Below, one piece after another: positions 53,809-64,000 of a stretch of DNA of 64,000 nt. The notes under the pieces were generated by a model. The model ran no database searches. It was not told the origin of the DNA and saw nothing but the letters and a program-made list of their open reading frames with translations. A program made the position numbers and the translations under genes. This DNA comes from Cetorhinus maximus (lineage: Eukaryota): assembly GCF_964194155.1 (NCBI RefSeq), contig NC_135894.1, forward strand, positions 14,508,001 through 14,572,000, in the 5' to 3' direction. Positions within the stretch are counted from its first letter, which is position 1. Each line of letters begins with the position of its first letter.

Positions 53809-54169
53809 ATTGTCTCTACATCTACCCTGTGAAGCCCCTTAATTTTATATGTTTCAATGAGATCACCTCAATCTAAGCTCTAGGGAATACCCTCCTTTGT
53901 CAATGCTGGAGAAGCTCCGGCCTTTTGCCTTTTCCCTGAGGGATTGCCTTCAGCTTTGACCCAGGAGGCAGTCACATCCCATAGATTTAGTAGTGGTACA
54001 GGTGTGGTTAGTGGTCAGGGACAGGAGGTTATGACACCCTCTTGGATCAAAGTGTCCAAATAACCCTTCCCCTCCCTGTTGCCCTGCAATGTCTGCACTT
54101 TGAACTTTAGTTCAAAGACTTTGAGTTGAAGTTCCATAAAATGAAGGCAGCAACTACACGTATTTATAT

Positions 54170-54530
54170 ATTTGCCTTCCAGAACTTAGGGCCTTGGCAG
54201 CTGAAGACGTGGGCACCAATGGTGGAATGTTTAATATCGGAAATGCCCAAGAGACCAGAATTGGAAGAGCATAGATATCTTTTGCGAGGGGTGGGGGTTA
54301 TAGGGATGAAGGAGATTAAAGATAGGGTGGGGTGAGGTCTTGGAGGAAATTCAAAACAAAGATGACAATTTTAAAATTGAGGCATTGCTTAACTGGGCAT
54401 TACTGTAGGTTAGCGTGCACCGTGGTAATGGGCGAATGAGATTTAATGTGACATGGGAAACAGGCAGCAAAGGTTTTGATGACCTAGTGCTTATGAAAGG
54501 TAGAAACAGGAGGTAACGTACAGATTCTGA
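54170..54530 (-). mobile_element. L2-type fragment
   Basis: Homologous to 20370-20740 (aattttaaaattgaggcattgctt). Confidence 0.65.
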
Positions 54531-54767
54531 AATTAACAAATTACTGCTTGAAGATGCTTGTACTTCAAAATAATTAGAATGATTAAATAGGTTTCTGTCT
54601 TAAATAAAATGAGCTGCAATAAAAATGGATGTCCATTGTTGGTTGTTGCAACTTTGCTGAACACAAATGAAGCACCCGAAAGGTGACAAAATAATGCCTG
54701 GGTCTGTCTAAATCCAAATCTGTTGTGACACATGATAAGACTGCCTAGTTTCTTTGTTTATTAAATT

Positions 54768-55170
54768 GAGATGGTGGTGTCGTGGTCATATCACAGGACT
54801 AGTAATTCAAAGGCTCAAATTAATGTTCTGGGGATAAAGGTTCAAATCTCACCATGGCAGTGGAATTTGAATTTGAATAATCAGAAAAATCTATTGAATT
54901 GAAATCTAGCCTCAGTAATGGTGACAAGAAGCAATCATCAATTGTTGTAAAAACACATCTGGTTTACTAATGCCCTTTTGGGAAGGTAATCTGCCACCTT
55001 TACCTTGTCTGGACTACATGTGATTCCAAATCCACAGTAATGTGGTTGACTCTTAACTGCCCCCTGAAATGGCCTAGCACAGCATTCAATTTTAGGGCTA
55101 TTAGGGATGGTCAACAACGCTCACCTTGCCAGTGACACCCAGATCCCATGAAAGAATAAATATAAATAAA
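54768..55170 (+). mobile_element. tRNA-derived SINE sharing head and tail with the second LINE family
   Basis: ggactagtaattc, ggttcaaatc, gaaatggcctagc, then ttagggatgg...atcccatgaaagaataaa. Confidence 0.85.
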
Positions 55171-55197
55171 AACTGTTTATTAAGTTTGCTTCTCCTC

Positions 55198-55640
55198 ATT
55201 TAGCCTTGGCTTAGTGGAAACACTTTTGCATTTGAGTTTGAATTTTGTGTGTTGAAGCCCCAGTTGAGTCTTGAGCACATACTCTAGGCTCACATTTCAC
55301 TGGAGTACTGAAAGACTATTGCGCTGTTAGAGGTGCCATCTTTCAGATGAGAAGTTGAACCAAGACACCGTTTTGCACATGAGATTGACACAAAAGTCCC
55401 TTGATGCTATTTGAAGAACAGCAGGGGAGTTCTCCTAGTGCCTTGGCCAATATTTCGTGCTCCTCTGCTGTCACCAGAACAGATTATCATTATTATTTCT
55501 TTGTTGTTTATGAGATCCTGCTGTGTGCAAAATGCTCCCCTGCATTACCAACAGTGACCGGCTTCAAAAGGTCATTCGTTGGCTGGGATGTCCTGTGGTT
55601 ATTTTTAAAAAATTATATAAATGCAAGTCTTTTTCTTTCC
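55198..55640 (+). mobile_element. Deu-domain SINE
   Basis: tggcttagtgg A box, ggccaatattt core, tatataaatgcaagtctttt tail. Confidence 0.75.
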
Positions 55641-56039
55641 CTTCTTTCAAAACTGAAATAGATGGGGAGGACTGACTGGTGCCTACTAGTTTGCCACTAA
55701 TCTAGACAATAGGCATCACTCCCACAGCCTTGTGGCGAAATGTAAACATCATTTTGGAAGTTTTAGTTGTATAACAGTGCGTCTGTCTCCAAAATTTTAT
55801 TTTTTGGACAGATTGAATTTTTCTTAGTTCTGTTTATTAACTGTAAAATTGGAAAGGAATTGTAATTTACCAAACAATCCTAAATGAGAGTAATTAACTG
55901 TTAGCATAACTTAGTAGACTTCTAAAAAAAAACTTGAACAGATTTGTTTTTGTAAGATGATCCAGTCTTAAAATATGTTATAAAAGTGCATTATGTTGTA
56001 ATATTCTAGACCGATTTACTTTGAATCAAAAGTGTCAGC

Positions 56040-56630
56040 ATTCAACAATACGGATCTCATCTGGATTACTGTATTCAGTTTTGGACATCACAGGGGTTTA
56101 TTGGCCCTGGAAGGAAAACAACACACACTGACCAGAATGATGCAGAGGTTTAAGAGGTTAAGTTATGATGACAGGTGACACAAACTTGGCTTCTGTTTCC
56201 TTGAGTGTAGCACTTTGGGGGTGGGTTAGGGTTGGAAATTATGAAATTGGGGTATTTATATGTTAATAGAATTTAGCAGGTTAGATAAACCATTTCCTCT
56301 GAAGCGCAATCAAGAGGATATACACATATTAACATAGATACAAATTGTCTTTTTGAAACCAATGATTTTTGAATTATTCAAATGAGAGAGTAGGGCAGTT
56401 GTAACAATTAGGTTTTTGATTTTTGTTGTGTCCATAATAAAACTTAGAGCATCTTGGCAGGGAAAGTAGGAAGCAATTTTTCATTCAAAGGGCAGTAGAA
56501 ATCTAATTCTCACCCCAAAAGGTTGTGAATGCAGGAAGGGGGAACTTTTGAGACTGAGCTCATCGAGGGATGGGAAATTAAAGTGGATAAATGGAATTGT
56601 GATTTAACTTAATGGCCTACTCCTGCTCTG
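56040..56630 (+). mobile_element. Decayed CR1 3' fragment
   Basis: catctggattactgtattcagttttgg (HLDYCIQFW), aatggcctactcctgctc. Confidence 0.65.
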
Positions 56631-57174
56631 CAGAGTTACAGTGCTCCAGGAGACAGAAACACACACATTCAATAATGGAATTTTGACGAGTGCAAGACTG
56701 ATCTAAGGGAAATCATTCTCTGGTCCAAAGACCACACTTGGCTCCAGTTCTCTTGCAACATTTTTTTTGCTAACTGCATCAACACAAAACATATGTGCTC
56801 ACAAGTGTGGTGAACATTTTGTGTTCATCAGCTGGTGTATTGTTTATGGCTTTATTTTAAATAATAGCAGGCCCGTGACTTGTCAGCTGTGAGCCTACTG
56901 TTATGGAAAGAACCATTTAAAGATAAATTGGTTGGAACTTGTAAAGCAAGAAAAATTCCAGAACACATGAACTGACTTAGCACATTGCCCATGTCTTATA
57001 AGTTGTAACTCTCATTGCTTCAGAGCAAGATGTCACTTAAATAGGACAAAGTACTTATTGGGCTTTTGTATATGTAGCATGAACAGCAGCAGTCAGAGTG
57101 CTGGTTTACGGGACATGAGAACAGATTTGTCAGTAGTTCAAAATCTTTTAACACTTTTTTAGCTTTTTATTATT

Positions 57175-57455
57175 TTAAAAATTCATTATTGGTATGTGGG
57201 TGTCACTAGCAAGGCTGGCATTTATTGCATATCCCTAGTTGCCCTGAGAAGGTGGTGATGACCTTGCTGGAAGTATTGCAACAATTTGATACAACTGAGT
57301 GACTTCTCGGGTTACTTCAGAGAGCACTCAGCTGTGAGCCTGGGATCACATATAGGCCAGACAGGGTAAGGATGGGAGATTTCCTTCCCTTTGTTTTTTA
57401 TGGCAATCAGATAGCTTCAAGGTCACGTTACTGATACCATATTTGTATTTGGACG
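57175..57455 (-). mobile_element. Partial SINE or deletion derivative of the second LINE family
   Basis: LINE tail ggcatttattgc...gagaaggtggtg joined to head-side gatacaactgagtg. Confidence 0.7.
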
Positions 57456-59151
57456 TTTTACTAAAAATATAAAGTTGCTTGCTCAATTTCTCCTGCTTTC
57501 TGATCATTTGTTTTGGAGGTGGGGTATGTATTTTTTGGGGGGTGTTGGGGGAGGGATTGCTTTCTGCTGAAAGCTTCCTGCAGAGAGGAATTTTTCAGCA
57601 ATGAGTGGCAAGGAAAACGAAGTTGATGTCACTTAATCAAAATGGCATGATGAATTGTTTGGTTTTTCCATACCCAAGCAGGAGCCACCAAATTCTTGTT
57701 AGAAGTCTCACAGGAAGATCTTGTTTATAAAAACAAAAAGATCTTGCTCATATTAGGTACATTTGTCTGCAGCATATTAAGGGTTAATTGTTTGGTTAGC
57801 TGTAAACTGCGTTGCATTTGGTCTGGTGATGTTCAGACAAGAAAGATGAATCCTGACTGAGAGATGAGTTTAAAAACAAATTTTCAGCTGTACTTTCCTA
57901 CAGTAACCACATGCACAAATGTAAAGTTTACTGTTAATATTTTTTGTAAAATTACTAAACTAAACCTGGTAATCTGAAGAGATTTTTAAAGCATCCATGC
58001 AATTTTGTTTATTTTTGAAAAGCTACTGCAGATGGTATACATTCTTATTAAATTTAAAACCTTGGAGCATCTTATTTGCCACTGAGGGATATGCATTAAT
58101 GTAGAAAACGTGCAAAGCTGACCTTCTTGCTTAGCTGATACATCACCAGAAAGGCCAACCAGTTGTCCTTAAAGTGGCTGCTAATAGCTTAAAGTAACAA
58201 GAAAATCCTTATACTTGCTAGATTCAACTAACCTTTTTGCACTTGTTGGGTCACCTTATAGATAGAAGCCAGAAATCTGCTGTTGAATACTGAGGGTATA
58301 TATGCACAAACAAAATCTTATTTTTTATCCTTAGCAGAAGCAGTACTTGGTGCTGTTTTCCAGTGACATTTGCAGTTTTACTCAAACGATCACAATTACT
58401 TGGCACTTGGTACTATCGATGACAAACATGGCCCCGGTCATGGGTCTGTGACTGGCCAATGCTTTGAGGTACCTTAATAGGCAGATTTCTACTCTTTTAT
58501 CAGATCACAAGATATACAATTTTATGAGGGGAGGGAAAAATACAAAGCAGCAGCCTTGTTTGTGACCTGTAAACAAGCAGCTACAGATTAATATTTTGCT
58601 TATATTTCTGGAAAAACAAAGCTATGTTTTTTGGAGTGGAGAATTTAGAAGCTTATGGGGGAGGATTAGAGTTATGAAAATGGAATAATTATTTCCTTGG
58701 ATAATGCGGGGACAGGAAATTTAGATCATGTGTTTTTAATGTGTTTTTGTTACTTTTTCCGGCATATTGGCATCTACTGCATTTCTGCCTTTGAACCCAA
58801 AAATAATGTAATCCAGAAAAGTTAGATATTTTAAATCTGAAAGCAGTTGTTATAATTGACTCCATTGGAAGTTAACACACACTGAGCATTACACAGCAGG
58901 CTTACTTCTGGGCATGTACCTTGGCAAAATGATGTAATGTAAGCAATAAGTACCTCTGAATTTCATACATGAGCTGGAGTAAATTATTTCATTGCTGCCT
59001 AGGAATAACGAAGCATGCAGAAGTTTAAAACAAGTCTCATATATACCACGTCGGAACTTTTCCATCACTGAACACCGATCAACCTAAATGCCTTTTTCAG
59101 ATTCTGAAGGGCTATATCTAGGCTGAACATAGAAAAACTCATAGGTATCAA

Positions 59152-59577
59152 ATAAAGAATGAAAGACTTAGGTTTGTATAGCACCTTTCATGATGTCTCA
59201 AAGCACTTCATAATGAAATACTTTTGAAGTGTAGACACTGTTGTACGAAAGTGACAGCCAATTTGCACACAGCAAGCTCCTATAAAAAACAAGATGATAA
59301 ATGACCAGATGACCTATTTTTGTGGTATTGATTGAGGGATAATTATTGACCAGGACACTGGGATAACTCCCTTGCTCCTCTTCAAAATAGTGCCATTGGA
59401 TTTTTTATGTCCACTGGAGAGGGAAGGTGGGGCCTCGATTTATCATCTCAATCAAAAGACCATCTCCGGCCTTGCAGCATTCCCTCACAACTGTACTGTA
59501 GTGTTGGTCGAGAGTGGAACTTGAACCTGGAACGTTATGAGTCAGGCAAGAGCGCTATCAACTGAGCCATAGCTGAT
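59152..59577 (-). mobile_element. Deu-domain SINE
   Basis: gcacacagcaagctcc, aatgaccagat, caactgagccatagctga. Confidence 0.78.
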
Positions 59578-60409
59578 ACTTGAAGATGTTTGGAAAGTAC
59601 GAGGGTAATACCGTTTTGAGATCCCCTCTTGAGTAATACAAAGTCATAACAGTGCATACAAGTAACCTCCACCACACCATCCTACTGGCTAGCTCGCTCT
59701 TCCGCATACAGTGGAGAGTGCACCAGGATTGCAGTTCAATCAACCCAGGGCACGGTATTACCTGTGAAAAGGGATACTACAGGTTTGTCAAAAATGGCCG
59801 AGCATGCATGCAGTAAAGACATCAAGTAGGTTAGCTGTCAATAGGCACCCAAGCTCACTTGTCTTTTGAGAGAGAGAGAGGTTCAAAGTTTTCTGCCTCT
59901 CCTGACACATACCTTGGATTTTATCGAGAAGGTTGTGCTCAAATTTCCAAAACTTGGCTTATATTGCCAAAATTTCCAGCTTCACAGGATTAAAAGTCTT
60001 TGTTAAAATTGATATAAGTGGATTTCGCCTGAGTTCTATGATGCTCCATTGTCTTCCACAAACTGGTGTAAAACTGCAATTTGCCTTAGCCATTAATCAC
60101 TGGAGCCTTTTCCCTTCTAGTTATTCTACAGGGTTCCAAAGCTTTTGATGTCCTATTACCCAAGAAAAAGACTGATATCTGCTAGTAGATTTTTGGGTCT
60201 CACTAGGGTTTCCGTGTAGATAGAATCCAGAACTATGCTCTAACTAGTGGGCTCTAGATTTGGCAATATCATATTTTTTCTTTATGGGAACATGCCTACA
60301 TTGTGCCTGTAGAATCTCGTCTTTGAATGTCTCCCACTGATTTGACACAGCTTTTCCCCCTAATAGCTGTATCCAGCCCACTCTCACCAGCTCACTTCTC
60401 AGTTTTGTA

Positions 60410-60545
60410 ACATTTGTCTTACCCTAATTTAGAATTTTTACTCCTGTTCTATCTTTGTCCTTTTCCATAGTGATGCTAAATCTAACTGCATTATGGTCAC
60501 TATCTCCAAAATGGCCCCCACTGCTACTTCATCCACTTGCCCAGT
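60410..60545 (-). mobile_element. CR1 endonuclease fragment
   Basis: Reverse complement GGHFGDSDHNAVRF (SDH motif). Confidence 0.65.
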
Positions 60546-61074
60546 TTAATGCAGTTAAATAGACAGACAAGAATATAATTTTTGTCTGAGTAATTTCAAA
60601 GGAAATCAAACAATTTTCAATAGGATTAGCTAATATCCTAACAAGTCCTAATCAGTCAAATTTATTCTGCAGGAATTATTTAACCCTCAAAGGTAGGATG
60701 ACTAAATGTTAAAATCACCTCAAATCTTTCCCATTTTACAGATAAAATTGCAATAATGCTGACTGTACATTTCCCAACATTTATAGCTGTTGCATGAAGA
60801 ACATGCTTTCATATGCTTGAAAATATATTTTAAGAAATGTTTTTGTGATAATACATCATGAATAATACAGCAAACTTCAGTGTCTGGCTACTTCATGATT
60901 GGTAACTGTGTGAACAGGGCTTTGTCGACCACCTTAAGATGTGCAGCTAGGAACTGAGATGGAGTCAGCAACTTAAAACATTGCAAAGAGCGGAAATTAT
61001 TACAGGTTGATTGGAGATGATGATGAATGGTCAGCATCCTTGCCATGCTCCTGATCTAATCTGGACCGAAGTAT

Positions 61075-63570
61075 ATTAACCAAATTCCCTTGCTTCTGAC
61101 TGTAAGGGACCTACATTTGTCTTCACCAATCTTTTTCTCTTCACATACCTACAGAAACTTTTATGGTCAGTTTTTATGTTCTCCGAAGCTTGCACTCATA
61201 CTCTATTTTCCCCTTCTTAATTAGTCCCTTGGTTCTCTCTTGCTGAATTCTAAAGTGCTCCCAATCCTCAGGTCTGTTGTTTTTTCTGGCCAATTTGTAT
61301 GCCTCTTCCTTGCATCTAATACTATCTCTAATTTCCCTGGTAAGCCATAGTTTGGCCACCTTTCCTATTTTACTTTTGCGCCAGACAGGGATAAACAATT
61401 GTTGCATTTCACCCATGCGCTCTTTGAATGTTTGCCATTGCCTATCCACCTTTAAGTAACGTTTCCCAATCCATCATAGCTGACTTGCGCCTCATACCAT
61501 CGTAGTTTCCTTTATTAAGATTCAAGACCCTTGTCTGAGTCAACTATGTCACTCTCCATCTTGATGAAGAATTCTATCATATTATGGTCGTTCATCCCCA
61601 AGGGGCCTCACAACTAGATTGCCAATTACTCCTTTCTCATTATACAATACCCAGTCTAGGATGGCCTGTTCTCTAGTTGGTTCCTCAATGTATTGGTCCA
61701 GAAAACCATCCTGTATATACTCCAGGAATTCCTCCCTGTACGGTATTGTTTCTAATTTGATTTGCTCAATCTATATGCAGATTAAAGTCACCCATAACTA
61801 TAGATGTTCCTTTATTGCATGCATTTCTAATTTCCTGTTGAATGCCATTCCCAACATCACCACTACAGTTTGGGGGTCTATATACAACCCCCACTAATGT
61901 TTTTTGCCCCTTAGCATTTTTCAGCTCTAACAATACAGATTTCACATTGTCGGAGCTAATATCTTTCCTCACTTTTGCATTAATTTCCTCTTTAACCAGC
62001 AATGCAACTCCACCGCCTTTTCCTTTTTTGTCTGTCCTTCCTACATACTGAATACCCCTGGATGTTCAGTTCCCATCCCTGGTCACCCTGCAACCATGTC
62101 TCCGTAATCCCGACTATATCATACCTGTTTACATTTATTTGCGCGGTTAATTCGTCCACTTTATTGTGAATGCTACTTACGTTAAGGCACAAAGCCTTGA
62201 GGCTTGTCTTTTTAACATTACTTGTCTTGTTCCCACTATTTTTCACTGAGGCCCTGTTTGATTCTTGCCCTTGATTTCTCTGCCTATCACTTTTCTTATT
62301 CCCCTTTCTGTCTTTTGTTCTTGTCCTTAATTCCCCTTCTTCTGACTTCTTGCATAGGTTCCCATCCCCCTGCCATTTTAGTTTAAACTCTCCCCAACCA
62401 CTCTAGCAAATATTCCCCCTAGGACATCAGTCCCGGTCCTGGCCAGGTGTAACCCGCCCAGTTTGTACTGGTCCCGCCTCCCCCAGAACTGGTCCCAATG
62501 TGCCAGGAATCTGAAACCCTCCCCCTCACACCATCTCTTCAGCCACGTATTCATCCGATATATCCTGTGATTTCTACTCTGACTAGCACGTGGCAATGGT
62601 AGTAATCCTGAGATCGCTACCTTTTGAGGTCCTACTTTTCAACTTACTTCCTAACACTCTCTATTCTGCTTTTAGGACCTCATCCCTTTTTTTACCTATG
62701 TTGTTTGTACCAAAATGTACCACGACCACTGGCTATTCACCCCCCCCTTCAGAATGTCCTGTAGCCGCTCTGAGACATCCTTGACCCTAGCACCGGGAGG
62801 CAACATACCATCCTGGAGTCTCATTTGCAGCCACAGAAACACCTATTTATCCCCCTTACAATTGAATCCCCTATAACTATTGCATTCCCACACTTTTTAC
62901 TCCTCCCCTGTGCAGCAGAGCCAACCGTGGTGCAACGAATTTGGCTGTTGCTGCTTTCCCCTGAGAGGCCATGCCCCCCCAACAGTATCCAAAGCGGTAC
63001 ATCTGTTTTGCAGGGGAATAGCCACAGGAGATTCCTGCACTGCCTGCCTAGCCCTCTTGCTCTGCCTGATGGTTACCTATTCCCTTCCTGCCTGTGGACT
63101 CTTAGCCTGTGGTGTGACCACCTCTCTATATGTGCTATCCATGATGCTCTTCGCCTCGCGGATGCTCCACAATGTCTCCAGCCACAGCTCCACTCCGAAA
63201 CCCGGGCTTCCAGAAGCTGCAGCTGGAGACACTTCCCGTACACGTGCTGGCCCTGGGCACTGGAAATGTTCCCGACTTCCCACATAGAGCAGGAGGAGCA
63301 CACCAAAGCTTTGAGCTCTCCTGCCATGACTTACCCCTATAAATTAAATTAAACCTTTTGGAAGGTACTTAATAAATAATATCAATTACTGTAGGGCCCA
63401 TCTTCCCTGCTCCTCATTGTTATAGAATATAGCCCTCACAAACGATGAACCACAAAATAAGAACTTAAAAATATGAATTAATAAAAGTAGTAAATACTTA
63501 CCTGACTGTACTCACGGTACTCGCCTCGTTCCCTCCTCACTGAACTCCCTCAGTCACCTCTGCTCTCCCA
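61075..63570 (-). mobile_element. CR1 LINE 5' half: 5' UTR, ORF1 (Cys motif and SGNH-like esterase) and ORF2 APE endonuclease; RT absent
   Basis: MAGELKALVCSSCSMWEV (63327), NTWLKRWC..GFRFLAHW..GLHL, YDIVGITETWL, GVVYRPPN, MGDFN. Confidence 0.92.
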
Positions 63571-63571
63571 G

Positions 63572-64000
63572 CTCCTCTTCAACTCCCCGCTCCTCTCGCC
63601 CTCCTCTTCAACTCCCCGCTCCTCTCGCCCTCCTCTTCAACTCCCCGCTCCTCTCGCCCTCCTCTTCAACTCCCCGCTCCTCTCGCCCTCCTCTTCAACT
63701 CCCCGCTCCTCTCGCCCTCCTCTTCAACTCCCCGCTCCTCTCGCCCTCCTCTTCAACTCCCCGCTCCTCTCGCCCTCCTCTTCAACTCCCCGCTCCTCTC
63801 GCCCTCCTCTTCAACTCCCCGCTCCTCTCGCCCTCCTCTTCAACTCCCCGCTCCTCTCGCCCTCCTCTTCAACTCCCCGCTCCTCTCGCCCTCCTCTTCA
63901 ACTCCCCGCTCCCCTCGCCCTCCTCTTCAACTCCCCGCTCCCCTCGCCCTCCTCTTCAACTCCCCGCTCCCCTCGCCCTCCTCTTCAACTCCCCGCTCCC
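63572..64000 (+). repeat. 29-bp minisatellite (ctcctcttcaactccccgctcctctcgcc)n, about 15 copies, running off the window end
   Basis: Exact period of 29; units from about 63900 onward carry a t>c variant (ctcccctcgcc). Confidence 0.97.

Noticed and set aside
63494-63504. U1 snRNA 5' end (ATACTTACCTG)
   Set aside because: No further U1 sequence follows; it is better read as a minus-strand splice donor.
63572-64000. CRISPR-like array (29-bp repeats)
   Set aside because: The units are contiguous with no unique spacers, and the context is eukaryotic.
5859-64000. SH3KBP1 exon 3 (expected to begin EIKK-like) or another host exon
   Set aside because: No acceptor followed by a matching frame was seen by eye. 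It is probably beyond the window, although a short exon could have been missed.

Overview
Repeat-rich vertebrate genomic DNA. The repeat complement (CR1, L2, Penelope-like elements, Deu-type and tRNA-derived SINEs) points to a cartilaginous fish, probably a shark; that is inference. The only host coding sequence I can support is one 158-bp exon (5701-5858, +) encoding the first SH3 domain of SH3KBP1/CIN85. The rest appears to be intron 1 (upstream) and more than 58 kb of intron 2, filled with degenerate mobile elements. Most listed ORFs are decayed retroelement fragments. Three structures stand out. (1) Two Penelope-like lineages carry minimal hammerhead ribozyme motifs and repeatedly insert as fold-back structures, including a perfect 95+1+95-bp palindrome with a 14-bp TSD. 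(2) A CR1-group LINE has a tRNA-derived Pol III head in place of ORF1 in two copies, and short SINEs look like its internal-deletion derivatives. (3) A 5'-intact CR1 has a 29-bp minisatellite and a candidate intron in its 5' UTR. Repeat boundaries were read by eye and are approximate unless exact motifs are quoted.
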